Shown: one piece after another, positions 1 to 13,886 of the stretch
Position numbering within the stretch: the stretch's first letter is position 1
Layout: every line of letters begins with the position of its first letter
Assembly (NCBI GenBank): GCA_964016885.1
Contig: OZ024745.1
Span: 84,878,001 to 84,942,000, forward strand
From: Eledone cirrhosa
Taxonomy: Eukaryota
Direction: 5' to 3'
Length of the DNA stretch: 64,000 bases
The notes under the pieces: model-generated
Told to the model about the DNA's origin: nothing
The model's database searches: none
What the model saw: only the letters and a program-made list of their open reading frames with translations
Made by a program: the position numbers and the translations under genes

Positions 1-190
<190 letters not shown>

Positions 191-502
191 TTCAAGAGTA
201 ACCGATCTTAAAGAGAGAGATTGAGATAGTAGAGGAGATATGAGAGGAAAGATTGGTGAGTTAGTTAGAAGCCAAAGCGTAAAGGCTTGTGCACAATGTG
301 CAATATGCAGTAGAAAGCAGCTCGGTGGCTGGGTTCATGCAGAGGTTAGGTGCGCAGAGCTGGAAATATTCATTAGTTAAGCAAAACAAGAGCACAAATT
401 TCACAAGGAAGACATTATTAAAAGATTGTCAACATATTTAGTTTGATGTAAGGAATGTAGAGAATAATAATAATAATAATAATATTAATAATAATATTGC
501 CC

Positions 503-624
503 GTTTACAATTGTTTCGCTACTCTGTATAATATTTCTGGATCAGATGACTATTTATCATAATTGATCTGGTTCAGTTGAAAATAATTAACATATTTAAA
601 AAAAACAGAGTGGCTCATCGGAAC
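503..624 (-). ncRNA. Type I hammerhead ribozyme with long stem II insert
   Basis: Minus strand: GUU-CCGAUGA-GCCACUCUG...CAGAGUAGC-GAAAC-AAUU-GUA-AAC; palindromic stem III. Confidence 0.75.
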
Positions 625-646
625 TCAAAGGAATATAAATTAAAAT

Positions 647-836
647 AATTGTTTCTACCTTTGGCACAAGGCCAGCAATTATCCAGTACATTACTGGTAC
701 TTTATTTTATCGACCCCGCAAGGATGAAAGGCAAAGTCAACCTCGGCGGGATTTGAACTCAGATCGTAAAGGGACGTAACTATGCTGGAAAGCATGGCGT
801 CCGACCCTCTACCGATACTGCCAATCCACCGCCCTT
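647..836 (-). mobile_element. tRNA-derived SINE
   Basis: Minus-strand A box TGGCAGTATCGG and B box GTTCAAATCC; core gcctttcatcct...ggggtcgataaaataaagtaccagt; near-identical copies at 5068 and 19551. Confidence 0.9.
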
Positions 837-3800
837 ATAAATTATAATATAAATTAAAATAAATATAAATTAAAATAATATTACATAATATAATGTTCCA
901 TATATTAGTTTTAACTATGGTGCCTTTGTTTCATGAGCTGTCAGACATAATCACGCAGTACTCATCTGTCGAGGCTGCCTATGGGTAACAAAATGGCTGC
1001 CAAAGGGCATATTTACCTTACTAATTAGAGGGTGATTTCAGGGGAAGTAACTTCTCGAGAGATTAGAGATTGTGTGTATTTTATAGTTATGTGCTAGTAT
1101 TTAAATTATTTAATTGAGAGACAATGTAGGGGAGGTAACTTATAATTATCGAGTTGTTCATAGCAATTTAACTTATTAGCTCCAATTAGAGATGGGGCTA
1201 CATGACTAAGTTGGGTCAAAAACTCTATTGGCGAAGGAATTAGCCCTTCGATGTTGACAGCTAATGGTTACCTCCGTTCTATCGTTAATTGGTAGAGGTC
1301 TTGATAGAGTTATGTAATATGCTTCCGTAACACAGAGATCACAAGATATCCTTCGTCCATTGAACGGTTGGGCCCTAGCTACGATATCCCATTTTAGTGA
1401 GTGTTGAACTTTGTTTAATTTAAGGTTTTTAATGAGCCTAGCTAGCGATGTCGAACATCTGTTGCTAGGTTCTCGGAAGGAAAAAGAGTGCGCGTTATAG
1501 CGTACCTTAAAAGGGTTAGGGGTAGACCCGATATAAGAGCTGGTATTCGAAGCAGTCTCAACTGTGCACCTATAGACTATGTTGGGTGTCAGGCAGTGTC
1601 CATTTAATGGGCATGCATTGGGGTACCGGCAGTTGCAGTTGCTTCTGCGGTTAGTGAGAGTAGGGTTATTTAACCTAAGCAGTTGGTCCGTGCTAGAAGA
1701 TTAGATGGGGGAGGTGTGCTACTAGAGTAATTATTGGTGTAGTGGCGTGGTGTATTTGATAGGGGTGGTGGTACCGCGGTGTGGGAGTTATAGTGTCTTA
1801 GCTTATGATGGTTACTAAACGCGATGTGGCTAGCTAGGTTAGGTGTAGTGGAGAATGAGATTTTAATGTTGTTTTTATTAAAGAGTTTGTAATATCTATG
1901 GTTAGGGGGGAAGTATTTGGATAGGATAGAGAAGAAGCGATTGGGGATATTAGTGGCTAGATTAGATGAGAATGGTGGGTTAAGCCAGGTTATATTTCTA
2001 GGCCTATTCCTTCTAGGGGTTCTAGTGGAGTTGGTAGGGGCCTTCATAGGGTTATTATTACCTGGGGATTTGTTATTTGTCATCCCGTTTCTCATTCCTA
2101 TTCTAGGGTTGATTCTTAGTTTGCTACTAGGAGTGGGGAGCAGGCCGCTGCCACCATTAAAGTTCCCTGTATAGGTGCTGTTACTGCTAAAATTCCGGCG
2201 AATCGGCTATATGCTAAGGTATTTCTAGTTCTAGTGTTAAGTTTATTATGGTGAGTTGCTGTGTTATGGCATTTTGGTATGTAATAAATTGATTGTTTAT
2301 AACCAGATTCAGAGAGAGCCTTATTATAATATTGTGCGTGGTTTATAAATATCTCTTCATTTGCTGATAGCATTGAGATCCTATAGGAGATAGATTTGAC
2401 TACTGCTCTGATGACTGCCGGTGGGTGGTTAGAGTGTGGGCTAATATATGTGAGTATTTCGCCTGGTTTATGGTAAGGGTTATAAAGGTTATTGTTGAGA
2501 TCAAGGGTGACGTCTAGGAAGTTTACTACTTTATGGTTCAGCTCGATGGTGATAGAGAGACCGTTATTTTTGAAGAATCTATGAAATTGTTTCTTAAGCA
2601 AATCGATTCCCTGATTAGTGCAATTGTGGACTGCAAATAGGGCGTCGTCCCTGTATATTCCACCTTGCATGGGTTGGATTTCGGCTCTGATGTTACGTAA
2701 TAGGTAAATCCCAACTAAATCGGTGACTTGCGCGGAGTCACTTGAGCCCATCGTAATGTCAAAGTTATCTGTTCTATCTTTTCTAGTCCAGAGTGCTCCG
2801 TTGAATTCAATGATAGTCTGCCTAGCCATGAGTATGATGTTAATCTCATTATTGGTTATGTCCGAATTGGTGGTTGCTAGGGCTAGTGATTTGTTGAGCA
2901 GTTCCGCGGTTATTGACGCGTAATAGCTGTCTATATCAAATTGGATGAACCTCATAGATTGCTTGGACTTAGATCGGAGAACCATCTGATGACTTGGCCG
3001 GTGTTGGACCACAACTTGTAGGTGGTATCATCCCGTAGCCCAGGGATTATCCTATCAAGGATGTTCTTACTGATGCGGCCCAGGTCAGATGTGGTTGGGC
3101 TTATGAGTCTAATGGATGGGTTCTCTATAAAGTTTGGCTTGTGGTCCTTGAGAGAGAACCTTGGGGTTGTTGGTACATAAGGGTGGGTAAATCTATCCAA
3201 ATGCAAATCCTTAACCAAAGCCTGGGCTTTTCGGTTAAGTACGTTTACACTGGAGGGTGTAGTTTTTTTTATAGTTTTTGTTGAGTTCTTTAAGAAGGAA
3301 AGAGTTGTAAATTTCAGGAGTCATGGTGTATAGATTTCTGGTTTTGTCAGACATAACAGGTAAGAGGTTGCTATCCTTAAATATTTTTATAGTTGTTGCT
3401 AATGTAGTGAGGAAGTTATTCCTGTGTCTCTAATGCTTTTTGAATTAATGCTCCTGACGAGGTTGAATAGATCTTTCTCAAAAGGGTCCAGCAGGATGTT
3501 GTGTGGGGGATTCTTGCATGTGGCAAATCCATATCTATTTGCTGTACTTCCGGCGTCAGCAGCAACCGCACGGTCAAAGTGGTACGATTTCCATCTTATT
3601 CTTCGGATGAAAGAGTTCACACTCTGTATTAATAGTTTGAGGTATGTCTTTCTGTCCGCAAAAGGTATGGACTTAAGTGATATTCTGAGTTCCTGTTTGC
3701 TCAACATGGTGACTTCTAACAGTAAATATCTCAACAACGGGAGCTCAAGTATACACAGTTCAAGAGTAACCAATCTTAAAGAGAGAAATTACTGCTATGG

Positions 3801-4010
3801 TTCATGGTAATAGTTAGGCTCTTGTCTTATTACCACCCCACTCCTCACTGATTAACCTCAGTGACACGTGATTGATTCTTTAGAATTTGCCACTGACCAA
3901 GCAGTCAGTGGATTTTTTCAGTGTCCTGGAATCTAGTCCCCGCTCGCTTTTTTTCCATCCACTGAATTATTTTTATATGAGTTCCTTGTGTCCACGCTTA
4001 GCTGAGAATG

Positions 4011-4095
4011 GACTCCTTGATGACGTAAGGATTTAATCTATAGTTGCGTTGCGTAACTATATTTATTCCCTTCCAGAAACTAATTAGGTTGGAGT
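4011..4095 (+). ncRNA. Degenerate hammerhead-like motif in an orphan element 3' end (3788-4143)
   Basis: CC-UUGAUGA...hairpin TATAGTTGCG-TTG-CGTAACTATA...GAAACUAAUUA-GG; stems imperfect. Confidence 0.4.
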
Positions 4096-4140
4096 GAAAA
4101 TTTTAGTAAGTTAATTTTAATAATTTTCTTATTTTACGTC

Positions 4141-4220
<80 letters not shown>

Positions 4221-4243
4221 TTATATATATATGTATATATATG

Positions 4244-4408
<165 letters not shown>

Positions 4409-4419
4409 GTATATATATG

Positions 4420-4456
<37 letters not shown>

Positions 4457-4557
4457 GCATATATATGTATATATATATATATATGTATATATATATGTAT
4501 ATATATATATGTATATATCTATATATATATATGTATATATATGTATATATATATATG

Positions 4558-4647
<90 letters not shown>

Positions 4648-4690
4648 ATAAAGAACACAAGAGCGTCTACAACATCAACAGATTTTTATT

Positions 4691-4736
4691 GGCTTACAAT
4701 GTTTCTTCCTTACGTAACCGTAGGCTTCTTCAGAGT
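4691..4736 (-). ncRNA. Minimal hammerhead ribozyme (partly decayed)
   Basis: CU-CUGAAGA-AGCCUACG-GUUA-CGUAAGGAA-GAAAC-AUU-GUA-AG. Confidence 0.55.
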
Positions 4737-5067
4737 TATAAAAGGGGTTTGATTGGTGTTATGGACTCTACCAACCAAACATTCAAGAACAAAGAGTAAA
4801 GAGAGTAAAGAGCAAAAGCAGGGGACGATAAGTCTAATTTTGGTGCGGGAGGGTGGGGTGTGGGTCCTTGTTTACTAGCTGTGGTCATATTCATTCCCGG
4901 GAGTCGAATGGTTAGTGGAGCCATAGATGGGGTGGCGTCGATAGTAGGGTGCAGAGGGTGTGCAGAGGCTACACACACACAAAGGGCATACAATATATAT
5001 ATAACGGAGGAGAAAGTACATGAGGTAATTAGAAATGGAATAAGAGTAATAATAATAATCTATAATT

Positions 5068-5257
5068 AATTGTTTCTACTTTTGGCACAAGGCCAGCAAT
5101 TACCCAGTGCATTACTGGTACTTTATTTTATCGACCCCGTAAGGATGAAAGGCAAAGTCAACCTCGGCGGGATTTGAACTCAGATCGTAAAGGGACGTAA
5201 CTATGCTGGAAAGCATAGCGTCCGACCCTCTACCGATACTGCCAATCCACCGCCCTT
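5068..5257 (-). mobile_element. tRNA-derived SINE
   Basis: Near-identical to 647-836. Confidence 0.9.
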
Positions 5258-6910
5258 ATTTACAAGGTCATTGACTTAATCTATAATTAATAATGTATAA
5301 TAAGGCATGGGGAAGATTACACTATAATAAGGTATAAAAGTAAGAATAAGGTAAAATATAAAGGAGGATAAGAGTGAAAATAAGAATAAAGATAAACAAT
5401 ATATATATAAAAAATATATATATAAAAAATATATAGAGAATATATAAAAAAATATAAGCAAGTATTAGAAGGGAAAAACACAATGTAAAAAAACCGATTT
5501 TGTCAAATAAAAATATTATAAATATGGGGGGAGAAAACGGGATAGAGAAATATAATCAAATGTGATTAGTTGAGAGAATATAAGATGATAATAGTTATGT
5601 CAAGTTTATACATCTTAATAATAAATAATCTGTATATCAGAGTTACACATCCTTCAATTCACTTGCAAGTTCAACCCACGTGGCATGGTCCATTGCTCAT
5701 CTGTGCGGTCGTGTGCGTTTGTGTTTGACACACAGTAGATGCACAAGTTCGTAAATTTCAATGCAGATAGAAATCTATTTTTGCTCACCCAGACATTGAC
5801 GGAGGATCCAATATTCCTAGTTCATTGCCGACCCAATATGTGTGTGGTGTTATTTTTGGTCGCACAAATCAATCACTTGGTTCAATATTATGGTGTATGG
5901 TTTTCTGGTCTTCGTTACACTATCAGTGGTTGTATATCTCGAAATTACAAGGATCACAGTACTCCGGTTTGGTGTGATTATCGGTCATACAACTATGTTG
6001 TCAGTGGTTGGATTCAATTCTATTGCCCAGAACGTATAACTTTGGTGTTGATTGAACATTAACGAGGCAGAGTGAGATCGCATCTGTGGTACAAAACGGT
6101 ACGCAAGGAAATTCTTCGTCTTCGTTTCATCCGGGTCTAGCAGTCACGTGCAAGAAGCGCTACGTAGTAATTGTGAGGGTAAGCGGTCAAGATAGTAACT
6201 GACCGAAAATTTTCTTGGGAATTCGGACAGGTATGACAGGTACATTTAGGTCAGCAGTTTCTTCATGTGTACGTGTGTCCGATACACACAGACACATATT
6301 TATATGTATTTCAACTCAAAAATTCAATTGATTCGCTTATTGATATTAAATCTCTGTTGCTCCCATGTGCATGTTGTGATGTTCTGGTCGTGTTTACCAT
6401 TCACTGTGTTTTTCCATTACCTTGGAATGTGATGTTTTGGTCATCAATAGTCCGGCAAGCGCATTCCTCTCTTATATTGTCGATAATGGTGTTCTGGTCC
6501 TCAGTAAACATTTGGGTCAGCAGGAGGGGTGATGGTTCTCAGTTTCAACTGCGACAATACATATGTGTTACTTTACATATCGTGCTCCTCTCAAAGAAGA
6601 GTATTATAGGAGGAATTCATGCCGAACACCACATATAGAGAAGACTTCTACAGAAAAAATATATATACATACACACATATATACATATCATACACACACA
6701 TACACATATATACACATATACATACATATACATATACATATCATATATACACACACATACAATATATATGTATATAATATACATATATATATATATATAT
6801 ACAATATATATGTATACAATATACATATATATATGCATGTATGCATGTACACGTGCACGCATATATACATACATATGTGTGTGTGTATGTGTGTGTGAGA
6901 TAAAAGGAGA

Positions 6911-6954
<44 letters not shown>

Positions 6955-8487
6955 CTTGTAGGGGACTGTTCCACCCATAGGCTACCTATCTATCTGGGTT
7001 ATGGGTTGGGGGGAGTTATAGTCAAGGAGGGGTATGTCTAGGTGGGGGTTGTGTAATATATGTTACGTCTATGTGCTAGGTTTAAAATAGAAGAAGGAAC
7101 ACAGGATTTTGTGTTGGCAAGAGGAGAAAATTTCCGATTTCCTGTTAAGCAGGTTAAGTTTAGAGTGTATTATGGTATGGCATTCTAGTAAACACAGGTC
7201 ACAACTCCCGCTCTGCGTTCGGCATGGCGTGGATCTAGTAAGCTTCCTCCAAAAAAGTTTGTATGGGGTATTATTATTTTTTAAAAAGGAGATGTATCCC
7301 GCCAGTGAGGTGGCATTCTTATGTCTATCGTGTCTAAATGTGCACATATGCGCGTTATATCTAGTTTTAAATGTATTGGACGTTGATCCTATATATGTTT
7401 TGGTAGAGTTGTGTGTGGTTACGTCACATGCATATACGATGTTTTTCATGAGGCAAGCCCCCCTTAGGGGACAGTTACTACTCTGCCTACAATTGCAACT
7501 GCGGGTTCGATCAGTTAGCGTACCTCCCGAACTTTGGTTACTAGCATTATCACTAGGTGCCTCTATATCATTAGATGGCTCAGTGATGCTATTATGTTGC
7601 CTATTTTCCAGTGTAGTCCGTTGCTGGTGGTTAACTGCCATTTTAATTGTTTCGAAACCTTCCCTAGTTTTCCTAATGTTCGTGCGTGCTAGGTGTGATG
7701 CGAAGTTAGGTGTGGTCGAATAGATAATTTAATCACGTTTTTGTTAATTATGTTGCGATATCTATTGCCTGGTGGGAAGTTTTTTTCTAATAATAAGAAG
7801 AATACTCTGGGGAGGTTAGGGAGGACCTCAGAGTTAAAAGGTGGGTTAAAATACATGTTTTTCCTTCTTCTATTTTTGTTATCTGTGGGGTGAGTCTCAT
7901 TACTGTGTGTACTATTTTGTAGGGTTCCGTTATTAACGTTAGTGGCGTTGTCTGTTTTGCTTATGCCCGGATGGTTTATATTCATGGCATGATCATTTGC
8001 TGCTTTAGAGTTGTGGTGAGGGACTCTAGTATTGTCTCTACGTGGTTTACATTTAGCTGGGTTACCGCCATTAGGGTTCTTACTATTATTCTTGCCTCTA
8101 CGTTGGTTAGGCTTTGTGGCCATACTATGTGTGATTATGTTGGTAGGTTTCACACTCATGGTTTGGGAGTCCTTATGTATATATGATAATCTATTCCCGT
8201 AACCAGATTCTGCTAGGGCCTTGTCATAATACTCTGCATTGGAGTTGAAGATACTCTCATTACAGGACAGTCTGGTAATTCTATTAGAGACCCCCTTGGG
8301 AATAGCATTTAGGACTGATTTGGGGTGGTTGGAGCTGGCGTTTACATATGTTAGTCTATCATTAGGTTTATGGTAGGGTTTATATACGGCTCTGCTCCAA
8401 AGCATAGAGCTAATTATTATGCTGCCAATACCTTAATGGGACACGGGTATACAATACCTAACTCCTATTAACCTAAGTATATATATG

Positions 8488-8584
<97 letters not shown>

Positions 8585-8699
8585 GTATAATTTAGAGTAC
8601 AAAACCTACAACAAATGCATTACAAACGAAATCTCTAAAATATACAAAACATCAACATGAGAAAACCTAGCACACATAAACAAACAGGCGAAAACAATA

Positions 8700-10776
8700 A
8701 TGACCGAACTGAGTATTGACGACAGGACCTTTCCTTACAACCCTAGGACACCGAGACTATCCATTAAAGACTATAAACCGGACTTCCAGTCAAAACTACC
8801 GGTCAGGCTCATAGCCCCCTCCAAATCGGACCTTGGTAGACTTAGCAAATCAATTATTGACCGAATTTTACCTGAACTTAAGATTAGAACTAAACTCAGC
8901 CTATGGTCTTGTACAAAGGAGGTAATAGACTGGTTTTGTGCCATTGAAACTAAGACGAATGTTCGATTAGTCCAATTGGACATTACGAACTACTACGCAT
9001 CTATATCCTCAATCATCCTTAACAAGGCACTGATCTCAGCCATGAACAGATCAAGCCTCACTAGAAGAGAAGTAGACATAATAATAACAGCTAGGAAAAC
9101 TTTACTAGAATTCGACGGAAGACTTTGGGAACGACAGAATAGACCAGATAGCTTCGACATCACCATGGGATCGACTGACTCGGCACAGGTTACAGATGTA
9201 GTAGGCATATACCTCCTAAACATATTAACGGACGAGATCCCCTCCTTGGGCGGTGGCTTATACCGGGATGATGCCCTACTATTGACCCGTGGACTTAATA
9301 ACAGCCAATTGAATAGAATACACAAACGACTTAGGTACATCTTTAAGACCCAAGGTTTAGCAGTAGAAATTGAACCTAACAATAGGACAGTTAACTTCTT
9401 AGACGTCACCCTAGAATTAGACTCAGGCCTCTACCGTCCATACCACAAACCTAATGAAAATCTTAGATACGTCAATAGACACTCCAACCACCCTAGGAGC
9501 ATAATTAACTCTATAGTTAAAAGCGTCTCCAACAGAGTGTCCACACTGTCGGCTAACGAAAACATCTTCAAGCAGCACGCGGAATACTACGACTCCGCAC
9601 TTATAAACGCTGGTTATACTGAGAAGATTTCTTACATCGACCCAAATAGAACCGTAACACAGCTAAACATAGCAGGACCCTTAGAAACGAACTTAGAAGA
9701 AACCTCCACACATAGGACACACAATAACCTTAGACGCTCCCTAGCCGGTAGCGCAGACAGCACCACACATAACTGTCTAGGAGATAAAGCCATACTCTCC
9801 AGCCCCAATAACAACTCCGACTGTCGCACGCGTTTGCGTACCAATAGAAACAAGGGACATAACGCCAATAGATTACCTGGAACCTATTTGAAACATACGC
9901 CTGACCAAAACACACACAAACTACCACCCAACCACAAAAACCTCACTAAACAACGCATAAACCGAAGCAGACCTGTCACGTGGTATAACCCACCCTATTC
10001 TATACACGTCGCCACTAACATACCGGGAACCTTTTTCAGGGCTCTCGAACAATCTTTTCCACACACGCACAAATACCACAAGCTCTTCAATAGACACACC
10101 GTAACATTCTCTTTCTCCACAGCACCAAACCTAGGCCACACAATAGCAGACAATAATAGGGCAAAAATACGAAAACACATGGTTTCCCCTCAACAAACCA
10201 CCACCACAACCCAGAACGAAACCACACACACAACACAACAAAACAACACACACACCACACCAACACCGCATGACACCAACCGCCATCGTGCCACCGCACC
10301 GGTTACATCCAAATGCAACTGCAAAAAACGGGGAGTGCCTCGTTAAGAATATTGTTTACCGGTGCAATGTCACAGTCGGCAATAAGGAGTACTCATATAT
10401 AGGTGCGACATCCACTACGTTTAAGGATCGCTGGTATAACCACAGAAGCTCCTTCAAACATAGATCGGAACGACCCCAAACAAAACTAGCCGACTTGATC
10501 TGGGACCTCAAGGACGAGAATATTGAACCCCAGATTTCGTGGTCAGTAAAAAGACGCGTGGCATATATCCCCAGTGATAGAAACCACTGCAGATTACGCC
10601 TAGCTGAGGCGGCGGAAATAATTAAACTAAATTCCGCCATAAACTATAGGTCGGACATAATTGTCAATTGCAGACACACTAGGATGAACACCTTTTCTGC
10701 ACAAACTTTCTTCACCAAAACCGACAACACATACCTCCACTCCCCAACCAACAATAGCGTGTGTGTCGGTGAGTAA
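8700..10776 (+). pseudogene. PLE reverse transcriptase + GIY-YIG endonuclease, frameshifted in the CxC linker
   Basis: ORF 8700-10346 (QLDITNYY, FDITMGSTDSA, GGGLYRDD) and 10270-10776 (CLVKNIVYRC, YIGAT, FKDRWYNH). Confidence 0.92.
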
Positions 10777-11110
10777 GTATTCTTACACATACGGACGTAT
10801 GAGTGTGCATGCGTGTACGCATAGTTATATGTATGTGTGTGTGTGTGTATGTGAATACAGGTGTATACATGTGTGTATATGTGGGTACATATCTGTATAT
10901 ATATGTGTATCTGTGTGCGTATGTGTATGTGTGTGTGTCTATATGTATGTGTATGTATGTGTATGTATGTGTGTATATGTGCACGTCTACATATATGTAT
11001 ATGGGTGAATCTGACTATATGTGTAGGTGAGCTCATGTATGTGCATGTATGTGTATATGTGCGTGTATATCTGTGTGTTGTCTGTACATGTGTGTGTGTA
11101 TATATATGTA

Positions 11111-11195
<85 letters not shown>

Positions 11196-12046
11196 ATGTA
11201 TGTATATGTATGTATATATATATATATGCGTAGGTATATGTGTGTGTGAGTGTGTATGTGTATATTTTGTATACGTGAGTGTGAGTCCATGTGCCCATAC
11301 CCATATGTGTGTATGGATATATGTATGTGTATGTATGTATGTAAAACACCTTCTACATTGCCTCTCACCTTCCCCTCATCTCCGTCGTTCGCCACCCCCA
11401 ACGATACTCCCCCACTCTCCATATTCGTGACCGCATGCGCACACGCACATACATGTGTGTACATATACATATGGCTGTGTGTGAGCGTGTGTTGATATGT
11501 GTGGGCAAAGATGTGCGTATGTGTTTTGTGGTGGGTGTGTTTATACAACAATATGTGTGCACATATATACCTATATGTGTGTGCGTATACGTATATACAA
11601 AGCATCTGTCAGACGATGAGCGTCTAGCTATGTATCTAGGTAATGACCTTGACGCCACCAATACATCCACCACACCACCACAAACGCCACTACCATAGAC
11701 AGCGGCACCAATACCACACCCCCCCACATACACCAACCCGTCTACTGACAACCCACTAATCTCATACCACAGCCCGTCCCACTAAGAAACCATAACCACC
11801 ACCATATCATAACATCCACCCCCACATACTCTACACGCCAAGGCCAATCAACCACCACCACACCACAGCCCATCTCATCCACCCATCGTCACCAACATCT
11901 CACCATCACACCCACCCCCATATACACTACAGGCCAGTACATTGCCTTGATTCTTCCCACCAATCAAAACAACTCATTTTGTCAAACTCTTGAATCTCTG
12001 CCTTTACCACATAGCATGTATTTCATTTTCTCATAGCATTTTGGGA

Positions 12047-12133
12047 AGGTCCGTTGAGCTGCGGATTATTGAGTCGGGTAGGATCGATATAGATCGAACC
12101 TTGAGCTGATCAGTAGCGAAACGCGCGTCACCT
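12047..12133 (+). ncRNA. Hammerhead ribozyme variant with extended stem II
   Basis: AGGU-CCGUUGA-GCUGC...GUAGC-GAAAC-GCGC-GUC-ACCU; core A6 replaced by U, so possibly inactive. Confidence 0.7.
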
Positions 12134-12327
12134 ATCAATAAATGCAATGAAGGAATAATCAATCGTCCTTTTTATCCTTTCTATATATTACACTCTGCAT
12201 AGCTCTACACATCATCACAGAAGTGAACCTAAACATCGAGTGCTCTCCCGGGTGAACCTGCAGTGACTCCTAGTTACACCCCCTGGATATATATGTATAT
12301 ATATATATATGTATATATATATATGTA

Positions 12328-12366
<39 letters not shown>

Positions 12367-12379
12367 GTATATCTATGTA

Positions 12380-12416
<37 letters not shown>

Positions 12417-12485
12417 ACGTATATCTATGTATATATGTATATATATATATATATTATCCATGTATATCTATGTATATATGTATAA

Positions 12486-12517
<32 letters not shown>

Positions 12518-12566
12518 GTATATCTATGTATATATGTATATATATATATCTATGTATATCTATGTA

Positions 12567-12655
<89 letters not shown>

Positions 12656-12690
12656 CTATGTATATATGTATATATATCTATATATCTATG

Positions 12691-12773
<83 letters not shown>

Positions 12774-12776
<3 letters not shown>

Positions 12777-13790
12777 AGGAGGTTATAGTTAACTTGAAGC
12801 ATTGTGTAATGAGGTATAAACGTTTGAATATGTATAATAAAGCCAAAACAATGCAGGTATGGACATAGAAAAAAGAATGCAATTGCAAAAGATATTGTTG
12901 ACAATTCGGCTTTTACCTTAGATTTATTTTAAACGTCCTTAATTTTAGAGATAATATCTCTTCTTCAGAGGGAAATAAAGGTCTCAAACCAGCGTTCTAA
13001 ATATCTTGCCAAGCCATGCTGACAGGAAGTAGTATAGAGTATCTGTTCTATCTCTAATGTCAAAGAGTTAAAATTAGGTGGATAAAGAGTAGTCTCCCTT
13101 TAAAAGGGGTTTGTTTAAGTTTTTTTTTATATACATGCTTGTTTAAGTGTGTGGGAGAATGCATGAAGGTGTAAGTATGTGAGTGTGTGTGTGTGAGTGT
13201 GAGAAGATAAGTCTATTCGTAAATGTGGGGGATAGGTGTTATCTGGTGTTAGAACTGGTTTTGTGTGTGTATGTGTGAGAGAGAATAAGTGGAGGTGAAA
13301 GCGTGTGTGTGTATGGGGGTGTAAATATGGGGCTAGAAGCCCTATCAGGTTATAAATTGGGTGTTGAGTTCTAGTCTATTATTGATAGGTGGTTGTGTTT
13401 TATCTATAATTTGTGCTTCCTTAATTCTAAGATTGCCGAGGTTTCTTTCCTTAGTTTCTATCCTAGCTGTTATGGTTTTGTCGGTGTTTTTGCATTTAAC
13501 TAGGTGTTTCTTAAATGAGGAAGCGTTAGTATTGAGGTGTTCTTTTATTCTTATGTGGAGTGGTCTGGTGGTGCTACCTACGTAGAAGTTGTTGCATTTG
13601 TCACACTCTAGTCTGTATACGACGTAAGCCTGGTGGCATAGGTCTGTGTCGTTGATGGGGCAGTTGGCTAGTCTGCAGCAGTTGTCATGTCTGGTGGAGT
13701 GTCTTTTGGGTAGCTGTCCGCGCAGAGAAGGACCTGAGTGGGCCAGTTGGATATCTAGTCCATCTCGTCTGATGGCTCTGCGGATGGCTG
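12774..13790 (-). mobile_element. PLE 3' fragment (GIY-YIG plus 3' UTR) of a different type
   Basis: Minus-strand translation ~13345-13690 gives YVVYRLECDKCNNFYVGSTTRPLHIRIKEH; degenerate HHR at 12937-12972 (CCU-CUGAAGA-AGAGAUA-U-UAUCUCU-AAAAUUA-AGG). Confidence 0.85.
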
Positions 13791-13811
13791 TTGTTGTTGT
13801 ATATATATATG

Positions 13812-13880
<69 letters not shown>

Positions 13881-13886
<6 letters not shown>

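Larger units (their letters stand above)
4646..8400 (-). mobile_element. 5'-truncated Penelope-like element (YRDD type) with long 3' UTR
   Basis: RT thumb 7689-8400 (YKPYHKPND...SSNHP), GIY-YIG 7069-7641 (CNCRQSSNCPL, NIVY, YIGST); 3' end abuts (TA)n; assignment of the whole 4646-7068 stretch to this element is inferred. Confidence 0.85.
8586..12287 (+). mobile_element. 5'-truncated Penelope-like element (YRDD type)
   Basis: RT and GIY-YIG ORFs, microsatellite-rich 3' UTR, HHR near the 3' end, flanked by (TA)n. Confidence 0.92.

Noticed and set aside
647-836. tRNA gene or CRISPR-like array
   Set aside because: The A/B boxes belong to a multi-copy SINE with no full cloverleaf; no repeat-spacer array exists in the window
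5630-6650. Complex-sequence block with short ORFs inside a PLE 3' region
   Set aside because: No recognisable domain, TIR or splice pattern; left unassigned
7109-7723. Antisense ORFs over PLE and LINE coding regions (also 29875-30742, 47457-47759, 53785-54297)
   Set aside because: Shadow frames caused by codon and strand bias
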